DNA from: Chlamydiales bacterium
GTDB taxonomy: Bacteria; Chlamydiota; Chlamydiia; Chlamydiales; JAAKFR01
Assembly (NCBI GenBank): GCA_022601535.1
Contig: JAJACK010000001.1
Coordinates: forward strand, 5,993 to 69,992
Direction of reading: 5' to 3'
DNA: 64,000 nt
Shown one piece after another: positions 1 through 8,507 of this stretch (position 1 is its first letter; the number at the start of each line of letters is the position of its first letter). The notes below the pieces were generated by a model. It had not been told where the DNA came from. It worked only from the letters and a program-made list of their open reading frames with translations, and made no database searches. Made by a program: the position numbers and the translations under genes.

Positions 1-56
1 AGAGAAATGTGCTTTTTGCGGACATGGCTAAAAATCTTTTTCATCTAAACCACGGT

Positions 57-1397
57 TTAGCTCACTTTAGACTTTCGTGCAAGTGAACCGATAATTCCGG
101 TTAAAAAGATGAGCGGAAGCCCATAAACGGTCCAATACCAAAGGGAGCGGTCGGCTTCTTTGAAAAGCAAATAGGGTAAAATCCCTACAATACACCCCAT
201 AATCACACTGAGAAGGGCTCCAAATGATGAAGCACGCTTCCAATAAAACCCTGCAAGAAGACCAAATGAGAGCGCTGCAATAGGGACATTGAGCAAGATC
301 AGCGAATCAAAAATTTTCTCAAAAAGGAGATTGGCCAAGAAGAAAGAGGTCAGCGCAAAGTAGAAGGTGGCTGAAATACTGCGATTACAGGTGACTTCTT
401 CCTTCTTTTGGAAATCTCCCACCCACATCGCTGCCATCGCATTCCACACTCCTGTCAATGTTGTTGCTGAAGTGGAGAAGAAAAGGGCATAGGCCAAACC
501 TCGCAACCCTTTGGGAAGACACGTATGGACAAGTGCTGGAAGTGCCTCTTCAATTGAATCAACATGGTAGCCACGGTAGCGGAAAAAAGCGGTTGCTACA
601 ATTGCTGATCCATAGAGTAAAAAGACCAAAAAAGCAGAGGCAACAACCGACCAGAAGGCTGTTTTAGTCGACTGAGCTGCAAAGATCTTCTGCCCATACC
701 AAGGGGCCAAAATGTAGGTAAACATCGTTAAGATGATCAAAGAGAAGACAAAGTGAATCGGCAAAACTTCTCGCCCTACAATGTCCATTGAGGTGATCTC
801 TCCACGTCCCATCCAAATTGCCATGGCTGGGAAAAAGATCAGAAGGCAGATAAGGGCGAAAAGGTCTGTCCGAATGATCGAGATCAATCCTCCTCGCAAG
901 CTCATGACAAAGATAATCGATAGAAGGACAAAGCTAATTGTCCATCCATGTAACATAGGAAAGAGGGGTTGAAACAACATCGTCAATGATCTGACGTAGA
1001 TCGCCGAAAAACCGGTCATGGCAAAGAGGAGAAAAAAAGAGGCACATTTCCCTAAGCCTGGTCCATACCGTTTGGTGAAAAAACCGGCAACAGAGATGCC
1101 ATCAAAGGTTTTCCATTTTTTAGCAACACTTAAGGCATAGAAGAGAAGACCGATCAAAAAGACGAGTGGCAAGATGAGTGCCCAAAAGCCTGCGGCATAA
1201 CCCATTGAAGAGAAAGAGATCAACGTTGCACTATTGAATTCGGTCATCACCAATGTGGCGGTGAGAGCAATCCATTTGGTTTTCCGTCTTGCAAAAAGAT
1301 ACGCTGATTCAGAGTTGACAGACCTAGAACGAAAAAGGCCGATACACACAAGAAGAGTGAGAAAACTGCAAAAAATGAAAAGGTCAATTCCATCCAT
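57..1397 (-). CDS. Sodium:solute symporter (SSF) family transporter
   Basis: 446-aa ORF with about 12 hydrophobic helices. 'YLFARRKTKWIALTATLVMTEFNSATLISFSSMGYAAG' and 'FFTKRYG' resemble the SSF signature region (PutP/PanF type). Substrate cannot be assigned. Confidence 0.65.
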   Translation of the reverse strand: MDGIDLFIFCSFLTLLVCIGLFRSRSVNSESAYLFARRKTKWIALTATLVMTEFNSATLISFSSMGYAAGFWALILPLVFLIGLLFYALSVAKKWKTFDGISVAGFFTKRYGPGLGKCASFFLLFAMTGFSAIYVRSLTMLFQPLFPMLHGWTISFVLLSIIFVMSLRGGLISIIRTDLFALICLLIFFPAMAIWMGRGEITSMDIVGREVLPIHFVFSLIILTMFTYILAPWYGQKIFAAQSTKTAFWSVVASAFLVFLLYGSAIVATAFFRYRGYHVDSIEEALPALVHTCLPKGLRGLAYALFFSTSATTLTGVWNAMAAMWVGDFQKKEEVTCNRSISATFYFALTSFFLANLLFEKIFDSLILLNVPIAALSFGLLAGFYWKRASSFGALLSVIMGCIVGILPYLLFKEADRSLWYWTVYGLPLIFLTGIIGSLARKSKVS

Positions 1398-1427
1398 ACA
1401 AAGATTTTTAACAGAGTTGAAACTTTT

Positions 1428-2318
1428 TTAGGAATTAAAATATTCCTTTAGTTCCCGTGCATAAGAAGCTGTTTCAGTAAGGTCCATATGGCCAATGTTC
1501 TTAACATGAACACCTTCTTCTTCCTTCTGTTTGAGCCAAGCTCCCTCTAAAACGATATCGTCCCACTCTCCTTGAACGACAATTACTTTACCTTCGACTT
1601 GTGCACCAGAACCAATATTCCAACCCAAAAGCCTCACAGCAATTCCTGTAATTGGATGAAAAAGTTCAGATGCAGCAGATGCATATGTAGAGAAGGTTCT
1701 ATCGAATAAAAAGGCGTATCTAGTGTCTCTTTTTTTATGAGAGGCGTGAGATCCCCATGCTTCTCGGACAAGTCCCCCTCCTAGAGAAGCTCCAACACAT
1801 GTGACTTCTGTCGCTTCCTGACTTTCAACATATTCCATCATTGCGCGCGTTGCTTGAACAAGTGATCTTCGAGTGGTCAATCCTTGATAATCAAAGAAAA
1901 GAGTACTTCCTCCCATCTGTGAAACAAGATCGTGCTCTTTCCTAACTCCATAATAACGGTCACAACTTTCTATTCCTTCACCACTCCCTCCTGCGACAAT
2001 TGTCCATCGCATGGGCTTTTTTGTATGTTCATCTGTATGAATAACAAGAACATCGACGGGGCACCCTTCTATCATTATCGTAAATCGATCAGACTGATGC
2101 CCATTTTTTAGACTAAAAGCATCGAACTTAAATGGCTCTGAACAATGCGCTCGAGGGCACAATTCAAAACCAGCTAACCAGTGAGGAGCTAAAACTGTAC
2201 ATTTTAAAGCTGTTTGAAACACTTTCCAACATTTTGAATCCCCTGATCTGTATCGAACCGTTGGATTAGGAAAGGAGATATTTTCAGAAAGTAAAGAAGT
2301 ACGCGTAGCCATGCGCAC
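1428..2318 (-). CDS. Alpha/beta-fold serine hydrolase, paralog A (unknown substrate)
   Basis: 296-aa ORF. Has a nucleophile elbow 'CVGASLGGG' (GxSxG), then an acidic 'GEWDDIV' and 'GHMD', giving Ser-Asp-His order. Clearly paralogous to the adjacent ORF 2337-3272. Confidence 0.6.
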   Translation of the reverse strand: MRMATRTSLLSENISFPNPTVRYRSGDSKCWKVFQTALKCTVLAPHWLAGFELCPRAHCSEPFKFDAFSLKNGHQSDRFTIMIEGCPVDVLVIHTDEHTKKPMRWTIVAGGSGEGIESCDRYYGVRKEHDLVSQMGGSTLFFDYQGLTTRRSLVQATRAMMEYVESQEATEVTCVGASLGGGLVREAWGSHASHKKRDTRYAFLFDRTFSTYASAASELFHPITGIAVRLLGWNIGSGAQVEGKVIVVQGEWDDIVLEGAWLKQKEEEGVHVKNIGHMDLTETASYARELKEYFNS

Positions 2319-2336
2319 ATTTTAACATACTGAATA

Positions 2337-3272
2337 TTAATTATATGTTAATTTTGAGCAAATATTTCTATAGTCAAAAGGATCCATATGATTTTCATTT
2401 TTCAAAATCACAACCTCCTTCTTCTTAAGCCAAGCTCTTTTTTTAATGATTTGATCTTGCTCAGCTTGAACCACAATACTACCTTGTTCAACTTGTAAAC
2501 CAGAACCGATATTCCACCCCAAAATCCTCACGACCAAACCTGCAATTGGATGAATCAACGCAGATACTGCATCAGCAAATGTGGAGAAGCTTCGATCGAA
2601 TAAAAAGGCATATTTAACCCCTTCCTTTTTATGAGGTTTATGCAATGCATATGCTTCGCGAATCAATCCTCCCCCTAAAGAAGCGCCGACACAAGCAACC
2701 TGCTCACCCCCTAGATGTTCTACATATTTCATCATCGCACGTGTTGCTCGAACAAGAGCTGTGCGACTTGTCAACCCTCTGTAGTCGAAAAAAAGGATGC
2801 TTCCCCCCAATTTGGTGACCAAATCATAGTTTGGATTATGCTGATCGTAATAACGCCTATAGCTCTCAATCCCCTCTCCATTTCCGCCAGCTACAATTGT
2901 CCATTTCTTTGGTTTTCTCTCGTTTGAACTATGAATAACAAGAACATCAACGGGAGAACCATCTGCCATGATCGTGATTTTTTCAGCAAAATGCCCATTT
3001 TTTACATCCCAGCTTGTAAATGTTTGTAATTTTTCACCGTTATGAGCACATGGACATAACAAAAGACTGGCTAACCAATGGGAAAAGGTGTAGAAAATAA
3101 GGAGGGTACAACTTACAAATGCTTTAAAAATACGCCAACACTTCATCTCTGTTTCAGAGATAAATGAAGGCCCAGTCCGCGACGAATCAGTGAAGCAGGT
3201 TGGAGAAGGAGAAACTGTAGTCGCTTCTCTGGGAGCAGCACAGCCGATTGACATGGGAGTAGGGTAGTCCAT
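2337..3272 (-). CDS. Alpha/beta-fold serine hydrolase, paralog B (unknown substrate)
   Basis: 311-aa ORF with the same blocks as paralog A: 'WTIVAGGNGEGIES', 'ILFFDYRGLT', 'CVGASLGGGL', 'YAFLFDRSFSTF', 'LGWNIGSG'. The start is ambiguous (ATG at 3272, 3254 or 3146). The longest form abuts the divergent AKR start at the same base, so a downstream start such as 3146 (MKCW) is plausible. Confidence 0.6.
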   Translation of the reverse strand: MDYPTPMSIGCAAPREATTVSPSPTCFTDSSRTGPSFISETEMKCWRIFKAFVSCTLLIFYTFSHWLASLLLCPCAHNGEKLQTFTSWDVKNGHFAEKITIMADGSPVDVLVIHSSNERKPKKWTIVAGGNGEGIESYRRYYDQHNPNYDLVTKLGGSILFFDYRGLTSRTALVRATRAMMKYVEHLGGEQVACVGASLGGGLIREAYALHKPHKKEGVKYAFLFDRSFSTFADAVSALIHPIAGLVVRILGWNIGSGLQVEQGSIVVQAEQDQIIKKRAWLKKKEVVILKNENHMDPFDYRNICSKLTYN

Positions 3273-4075
3273 TGAACGGAAAAAGTCTAGAAATTACCGC
3301 AGGAATCAACATTCCCCTTGTTGGATTTGGAACTTGGGAGCTTCGAGGAGAGGCGTGTCAAAAGAGTATTGAGACTGCCTACTCTTTGGGCTATCGTCAC
3401 TTTGACACAGCTCTTCTCTACAACAATCACACTATCTTAAAAAAAGTTCTAAGTGGTTGTAACGATGTTTTTATCTCTTCAAAATTTATGCACTACCATC
3501 TCGATGAGATGAGTGTGACTGAGTGTTGCATGCGAACACTTGAGGAGCTGGGAAGAGAGAAGCTCGATCTCTTTATGATGCACTATCCAGATGAAAGCCG
3601 GCCGATGGAGATGATCATCGAAGAACTTGGCTCTCTTGTCGAAAAGGGGCTGACAAGGGCAGTTGGCGTGAGTAATTTCACCATCGCCCACCTCAAGAGA
3701 GTCCTTCCTGTTGGAGCCCCCCTTTGCGTCAACCAAGTGGAGTACCATCCTTACCTCAATCAAAAGGAACTCCTAGCTTTTTGCAATGCACATGGTCTTC
3801 ACCTCATCTCTTTCCGCTCTTTAGGAAAAGGAGCTTTAATCGATGATCCCATTTTGAATGAAATAGGGGCAAAATATGGAAAAAGTGGAGCACAAATCAG
3901 TCTACGTTGGCTTATTCAAAAAGGGATCCCAGTTATCCCAAAATCAACGTCTAAAGAGCACATAAAAGAGAATTTTGAGGTCCTTGATTTTCATCTTTCA
4001 GAAGAAGACTTTTTGAGATTAGATTCTTTACCACAAAAGCCTCGATTCTGCCAAAACCAGTGGAGTGATTTCTAG
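3272..4075 (+). CDS. Aldo/keto reductase (DkgA/YvgN-like)
   Basis: 267-aa ORF with a TTG start. 'PLVGFGTWEL', 'GYRHFDTALLYNN', 'LDLFMMHYP', 'VGVSNF', 'NQVEYHPYLNQ' and 'IPKS' are the classic AKR blocks with the D-Y-K-H tetrad context. Confidence 0.85.
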   Translation: MNGKSLEITAGINIPLVGFGTWELRGEACQKSIETAYSLGYRHFDTALLYNNHTILKKVLSGCNDVFISSKFMHYHLDEMSVTECCMRTLEELGREKLDLFMMHYPDESRPMEMIIEELGSLVEKGLTRAVGVSNFTIAHLKRVLPVGAPLCVNQVEYHPYLNQKELLAFCNAHGLHLISFRSLGKGALIDDPILNEIGAKYGKSGAQISLRWLIQKGIPVIPKSTSKEHIKENFEVLDFHLSEEDFLRLDSLPQKPRFCQNQWSDF

Positions 4076-4081
4076 ATTGCT

Positions 4082-5035
4082 CTACGAGTGGGTAAATTCT
4101 GTGTTTTTGAAGGAGTTGATGGCAAGCCCGGTGCCACCTAACATGGAAATCACACCAAGTGATTCGATAAGGGAAGGAAAATTAAACTCAACAAGATAGA
4201 CGTAGGTGAGCCCAAAGACCGTTTCGAGGATCATCAAAGGTCCGATGAGCGAAACAGGAAGGTAGCTACTCGCTCGATTCCATAGATAACACCCAATCCA
4301 AGATGAAATGACCCCTAAGATAATCGATCCACTATAAAAACGAACTGTTGCCCCAGAATAGGTGGTTAGCTGGCTGAAATCGATCATTTTAAAACCCCAT
4401 CCCAAGGCTATCCCACAGATGATCACCCAAAAAAGGGTTGCAACTCCAATCACAGTTGCCCATTGGCTTGTGGGAATATGGGAATTGCGCTTTAAAAAGC
4501 GTGCATTGTGAACGACATAAAGACTCCAACAGATCAAAGCAATGGCAATCCCTCCCATCCCAATCAGGTAATCTACCCACGATTTTTGTGAAAATGTCCA
4601 GTCCACTTCGGTAAAATTGACAAGCACCAAACCAACTGCAATCCAAAGAGAGGGGAAAAACATCTGCCTATAGGAGATTTCACGCACTTTCCAATTGCCG
4701 TAACAGACAATCACAATAGGAGAGAGACCAACACATAAAACAGCCAAAGCTGGTGAGGCGTAGCGGATTCCCATCACAAGGCCAATGTAGTAGATAATAT
4801 TTGCACAAAGAGCAAATAGGGCTGCGGCGAGCCAAACGCGAAGGTTATAGATTTTTAAAGCGGCAAACCCTTTCCGAAACAAGAGGAGAGAGGAAAAAAT
4901 GCCATAACAGACGTACCGACCGAGGACCACTTCGAAAGTGGAAAACTCGGACATAAAGGTGGGAATGATAAAAATCAGGCCCCAAACCAGACACGCTCCG
5001 ACAGCAAAAAGAATTCCTAGAGTCATTCCCAACAT
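4082..5035 (-). CDS. EamA/DMT-superfamily permease
   Basis: 317-aa ORF with about 10 predicted TM helices in a two-fold 5+5 arrangement, typical of drug/metabolite transporters. No soluble domain. Confidence 0.6.
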   Translation of the reverse strand: MLGMTLGILFAVGACLVWGLIFIIPTFMSEFSTFEVVLGRYVCYGIFSSLLLFRKGFAALKIYNLRVWLAAALFALCANIIYYIGLVMGIRYASPALAVLCVGLSPIVIVCYGNWKVREISYRQMFFPSLWIAVGLVLVNFTEVDWTFSQKSWVDYLIGMGGIAIALICWSLYVVHNARFLKRNSHIPTSQWATVIGVATLFWVIICGIALGWGFKMIDFSQLTTYSGATVRFYSGSIILGVISSWIGCYLWNRASSYLPVSLIGPLMILETVFGLTYVYLVEFNFPSLIESLGVISMLGGTGLAINSFKNTEFTHS

Positions 5036-5118
5036 TTTACTCGGGAAGGTACAATCTTGTGAAACTAAAAAAAAATCTGCCTATTATTTTTTTGGTTTGA
5101 CTTGTTAAACTCTCTTGA

Positions 5119-7251
5119 ATGGATCAAATTTTTGGTTACATAGAACGCATTACTTTTCAAAATACCGAAAATGGGTTCACCGTCGCACGCCTTAAGCAGC
5201 CACGGAAGAACGAGTTGACCACCATTGTGGGAAAACTGCCTCAACTGCACCCCGGAGAGAGTGTCCGCCTTCTTGGTTCTTGGAAGACCAATCCAACCCA
5301 TGGCATCCAATTTGATGTAGCTGAATGCGAAATCGAAGAGCCGAGTGATGTCGTTGGAATTCAAAAATATCTAGAATCGGGGATGATCAAAGGGATCGGT
5401 CCCATCTATGCAAAGCGGATTGTCAAAAGATTTGGTGAAAAAACACTTGAAGTGATCGATCAACATCCCAATCGCCTTTCCAATATCGAGGGAATTGGGA
5501 AGAAAAGATTAGAACAGATCAAACGGTGTTGGGGTGAGCATAAGGCGATTCGAGAAGTGATGATCTTCTTGCAAAAAAATGGTGTCACCCCTGCCTATGC
5601 GCAAAAAGTGTTTAAAGTATATGGAGAAGAGACTGTTGAACGGCTGCAGGAAAATCCGTATACATTGGCACTCCATATCCCTGGAATTGGATTTAAAAGT
5701 GCCGATACAATCGCCTCACGGATGGGATTTCCCAAAGATGGCACTGCAAGAATTGATGCAGGAATCGACTACGTATTGAGTGAGCTCTCCGCACAAGGAC
5801 ACACATGCTATCCCAAAGAAGAATTTGTGGAAAAAGCGGAGCAAATGCTCGAAGTCTCTCTTGAGGAGCGGTTAAAAGCTGCATTGAATGAAGATCGAGT
5901 GATTGAGCGAGAGGGAATGATCTACTCGAAAAAGCTATGGATTGCCGAGCGAGGTGTTGAGAGCCAAGTCAAAAGGCTTCTTCAAGGTCAAAGCCTCATT
6001 CGTGATGTCAAAACAGATAAAGCAATTGAATGGGTCGAAGAGCAGCTCGACATCTCCCTTGCTGAGGCGCAAAAGCAAGCGGTGATCACTTCCTTGACGG
6101 AGAAGTTTCATATTATCACAGGAGGTCCAGGAACGGGTAAAAGTACGATTACCAATGCTATTTTAACCATTACTGAAAGACTCACTGGCAACATCATTTT
6201 AGCAGCTCCAACCGGGCGTGCTGCCAAACGGATGAATGAGATTACCAAACGACCAGCTTCTACCATCCACCTTCTTTTGCAGTACGATTTTAAACGGGGC
6301 CGCTTTAAAAAAGATCTCCAAGATCCACTGAGTACTGATTTGATCATTGTCGATGAAGCCTCGATGATTGATACAACACTTATGTACCACCTTCTAAAAG
6401 CGATCCCTTCCCATGCAAGGGTGATTTTTGTCGGTGATGTGAACCAACTTCCAAGTGTTGGGCCAGGCTCCGTTTTAAATGACCTTATTGAGAGCAAAAA
6501 AATCGGCACAACACGTTTGACCAAAATCTATCGGCAAGCAAAACATTCGCGGATTATCACCAATGCTCACCTGATCAATGCAGGAGAATTCCCTGAACTT
6601 TCCACCGATAAAGAGAGCGATTTCTTTTTTATTAAAGCGGAAGAACCAGAAGAAGTTGTCCAAAAGATTGTCCACCTTGTGTGCAAACGACTCCGAGGAA
6701 AATTTCACCCTTTTGATGAGATTCAAGTCCTTGCTCCGATGAAACGAGGAGGGTGTGGTATCGATCTTCTCAACCGCACCTTGCAAGAGAAGCTCAATCC
6801 GCAAAAAGAAGAACTTCTCTCCTCAGGAACCCGCTTTTGTGTCGGGGATAAAGTGATGCAGATTCGGAATAATTACACTAAAGAGGTGTTTAACGGAGAT
6901 ATCGGCCGCCTTGTCAAGATCGACCGAGAAAACCAAGAAGTGTTGATCAAATATGAAGAGAAGATCGTCTCATACACCATCCATGAACTCGATGAAGTGG
7001 TGCTCGCCTATGCCACTTCGATCCATAAATACCAAGGGAGCGAGGCTCCCTGTGTTATCATTCCTGTCCACCCCTCTCACTTTATGATGCTTAAGCGCAA
7101 TCTCCTCTATACAGGGGTGACGAGGGGGAAAAAGCTTGTAATCCTTGTTGGGACGGGCAAAGCCATTGGAATGGCCGTCTCCCAAGATGATGCGAAAAAA
7201 CGGCATACAGGACTTTTCACCTCTGAGGCTTTACATAGCTCATTACCCTAA
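5119..7251 (+). CDS. recD: RecD2-type SF1 ATP-dependent DNA helicase
   Basis: 710-aa ORF. Walker A 'GGPGTGKST', motif II 'LIIVDEASMID', 'VGDVNQLPSVGPG', C-terminal 'AYATSIHKYQGSE' and 'LYTGVTRGKK'. Helix-hairpin-helix-like N-terminal region, as in RecD2/YrrC. Confidence 0.9.
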   Translation: MDQIFGYIERITFQNTENGFTVARLKQPRKNELTTIVGKLPQLHPGESVRLLGSWKTNPTHGIQFDVAECEIEEPSDVVGIQKYLESGMIKGIGPIYAKRIVKRFGEKTLEVIDQHPNRLSNIEGIGKKRLEQIKRCWGEHKAIREVMIFLQKNGVTPAYAQKVFKVYGEETVERLQENPYTLALHIPGIGFKSADTIASRMGFPKDGTARIDAGIDYVLSELSAQGHTCYPKEEFVEKAEQMLEVSLEERLKAALNEDRVIEREGMIYSKKLWIAERGVESQVKRLLQGQSLIRDVKTDKAIEWVEEQLDISLAEAQKQAVITSLTEKFHIITGGPGTGKSTITNAILTITERLTGNIILAAPTGRAAKRMNEITKRPASTIHLLLQYDFKRGRFKKDLQDPLSTDLIIVDEASMIDTTLMYHLLKAIPSHARVIFVGDVNQLPSVGPGSVLNDLIESKKIGTTRLTKIYRQAKHSRIITNAHLINAGEFPELSTDKESDFFFIKAEEPEEVVQKIVHLVCKRLRGKFHPFDEIQVLAPMKRGGCGIDLLNRTLQEKLNPQKEELLSSGTRFCVGDKVMQIRNNYTKEVFNGDIGRLVKIDRENQEVLIKYEEKIVSYTIHELDEVVLAYATSIHKYQGSEAPCVIIPVHPSHFMMLKRNLLYTGVTRGKKLVILVGTGKAIGMAVSQDDAKKRHTGLFTSEALHSSLP

Positions 7252-7333
7252 TAAGCAATTAATCTCTTTATAAAACATAAAGACAATAAACCAATATCTT
7301 TATAAAATAAACATTTACTAATTAATTATATTT

Positions 7334-7342
7334 TGATATAAT
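7334..7342 (+). promoter_or_regulatory. Candidate extended -10 promoter element (TGaTATAAT) for the F-box gene
   Basis: 'TGATATAAT' lies in a very AT-rich 122-bp intergenic region, about 32 nt upstream of ATG 7374. SD-like 'AGGAAGG' at 7364-7370. Confidence 0.35.
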
Positions 7343-7373
7343 ATACTTTTATCCTATATAAATAGGAAGGTTT

Positions 7374-8507
7374 ATGTCTATTAATCAATCCCTGCCAGAA
7401 GATAGCAAAATTGCTATTTTCTCTCAGCTAAGTGGAAAAGATTTAGCACGTGCTGCTCAAACCTGTCGAGAATGGTATCATATCATCACTCAGAATGAGT
7501 ATTTGAATCTGAGAAGAATCACAGATTGTTTATCTGGGGCTTTCCTTCCTTTTCCACAATATCCCAAAGAGCTTTTAAGCAGGCTTAAAAAGCATGATAT
7601 TTGTAATTTAAAGCTAAATCAATCGATACAAAATTTAGAGGAAGATGAGAAAATAGAAGCCTTGGTTGCATTGGGTGATCTTAAAAGTGCAGCTAAAAGT
7701 GCAGCACAAATAAACGACCTAGAGCTAAGAAGCTTGCATCAGCAAGCTATTGCAGATGCTTATCTAAATACAGGGAATGTTATAGAGGCAATCAAAATTG
7801 CAAATAAAATACAAGATGACGTCTCAAAAAGGCTTCTATTTGAAGAGATCGTTGATGCTCTGGTACGGGCTAGAAAATATGAAGAGGCAGAGAAATTTAT
7901 CTCTAACTCCCCTCAATGCTTAATAAAATTTCTTCTTGCTAAAGCTCAGTCTCAGGTTGAGGCGGGTGAACTTCTCGAAGCTGCAGCAACTTTTGAAGAA
8001 GCCAAAGATATTAATTCCTCTGCTCTAGTTGTTAAACAAGCTCAATTTACATCTGGATTTGTTATCGAATCAGGATTTTATGAAATAATCAGTGAAGCTC
8101 AAAAAAATTCGGATCTTGCAAACACACAAAACTTTTTTATCTTCTTAGGAAAAATGTATGTTAAATTGGGTGATTTTGACAAAGCAAGAAAATGCTTTGA
8201 AAAGGTTAAAGAAAATTGCTTACCTTCTAATCCAGGACTCTACAGACACATTCAAGGACTCCTTGCAGAAGGTGATGCGGCGGTTGGTCATTATGCTAGA
8301 GCAAAAATAACAGCAAGAGATATCGACCATGAACCTGTTAGGAAACAAACTTTAGCTCAAATAGCATCTGCTCAAATAGCGGCTGAATTATTCCATGAAG
8401 CTATCAAAACTGGTAGAGAGGCAAAAACCCCTCAACTAGTTGCCTTGGCTTATGCTAAGCTCATGCTCAGCTCACCTCAGCCCCTCCAGGGAGATCCTCA
8501 AGTGTGA
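7374..8507 (+). CDS. F-box domain protein with TPR-like helical repeats (eukaryote-like, candidate effector)
   Basis: The N-terminus 'LPEDSKIAIFSQLSGKDLARAAQTCREWYHIITQNEYL' matches the F-box consensus (LPdEil..I...L...dL.....VCk.W..l). The rest is alpha-helical A/E/K-rich repeats, for example 'LGKMYVKLGDFDKARKCFEKV'. Confidence 0.75.
   Translation: MSINQSLPEDSKIAIFSQLSGKDLARAAQTCREWYHIITQNEYLNLRRITDCLSGAFLPFPQYPKELLSRLKKHDICNLKLNQSIQNLEEDEKIEALVALGDLKSAAKSAAQINDLELRSLHQQAIADAYLNTGNVIEAIKIANKIQDDVSKRLLFEEIVDALVRARKYEEAEKFISNSPQCLIKFLLAKAQSQVEAGELLEAAATFEEAKDINSSALVVKQAQFTSGFVIESGFYEIISEAQKNSDLANTQNFFIFLGKMYVKLGDFDKARKCFEKVKENCLPSNPGLYRHIQGLLAEGDAAVGHYARAKITARDIDHEPVRKQTLAQIASAQIAAELFHEAIKTGREAKTPQLVALAYAKLMLSSPQPLQGDPQV

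Noticed and set aside
1-44. A possible minus-strand gene start (ATG at 44-42, 'MKKIFSHVRKKHIS...') running off the left edge, 13 nt downstream of the symporter stop.
   Set aside because: Only 14 codons are visible, so it cannot be supported from this window.
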